Sequence record: NC_052658.1
Length of the DNA: 64,000 bases
Source: Escherichia phage nepoznato
Direction: 5' to 3' (one strand)
Shown piece after piece: positions 63,777 to 64,000 of the stretch. The notes under the pieces are model-generated. The model did no database searches. It was given only the letters and a program-made list of their open reading frames with translations, and was not told the DNA's origin. The position numbers and the translations under genes are program-made. Within the stretch, counting starts at the first letter, position 1. Every line of letters begins with the position of its first letter.

Positions 63777-64000
63777 TTAAGAAGTGAAAACGACTTTTTC
63801 GGTCAGTTTCAGATCATGTGTTTCCAGTGCTGCTACGCCAGCGTCATCTACCAGGGAGCCATCTTTGTAGTATACTGCAAAGCGGTTCAGAGTAAGATCA
63901 CGTACGCCAACAACTGCGGTGAAAGTGTCACCTACTGCTACATCGTCAATACCGAACAGAGCATCAGTCCAAATCAGAACTTTAGCAGCATCGGCAGCTT
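63777..64000 (-). CDS. Head decoration protein (lambda gpD-like), C-terminal part only; the N-terminus lies beyond the window
   Basis: Open frame to the window edge, stop at 63777-63779; C-terminus ...KVLIWTD...RFAVYYKDGSL... resembles gpD (KLVAWDG...TLTFYKSGTF); host-optimal codons. Confidence 0.4.
   Translation of the reverse strand, partial: AADAAKVLIWTDALFGIDDVAVGDTFTAVVGVRDLTLNRFAVYYKDGSLVDDAGVAALETHDLKLTEKVVFTS

Noticed and set aside
1-64000. CRISPR arrays, rRNA genes, integrase/attachment sites, transposases
   Set aside because: No regularly spaced direct repeats, rRNA-like sequence, integrase or recombinase motifs were seen; the window looks like a lytic-phage segment with homing-type selfish elements only.

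Overview
This window reads as a contiguous segment of a large virulent tailed dsDNA phage, probably infecting an enterobacterium (its SSB ends in the E. coli SSB tip motif). Positions 1-29634 are plus-strand early/middle genes; 29662-64000 are minus-strand virion genes. The plus-strand block holds anaerobic ribonucleotide reductase nrdD split by a group I intron carrying an HNH endonuclease, nrdG, a Ter-type module (TerC, TerD, a vWA protein, a TelA-like protein) with an adjacent PRTase-like/HAD-like pair and a macro-domain protein, a SleB-like secreted hydrolase, four glycosyltransferases, primase-helicase, an adenine methyltransferase, a family A DNA polymerase interrupted by a LAGLIDADG intein, a small nucleotidyltransferase, SSB and a second HNH protein. 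The minus-strand block holds a lambda D/E-like head pair, sheath, tube, a tail chaperone with a programmed -1 frameshift, tape measure, baseplate/spike genes and at least five large fibre/tailspike proteins. The most unusual content is the phage-borne Ter module, including a tandemly duplicated promoter/small-protein/ISLKK-protein cassette. All calls rest on motif reading and gene order by eye; no database search or structure prediction was run.
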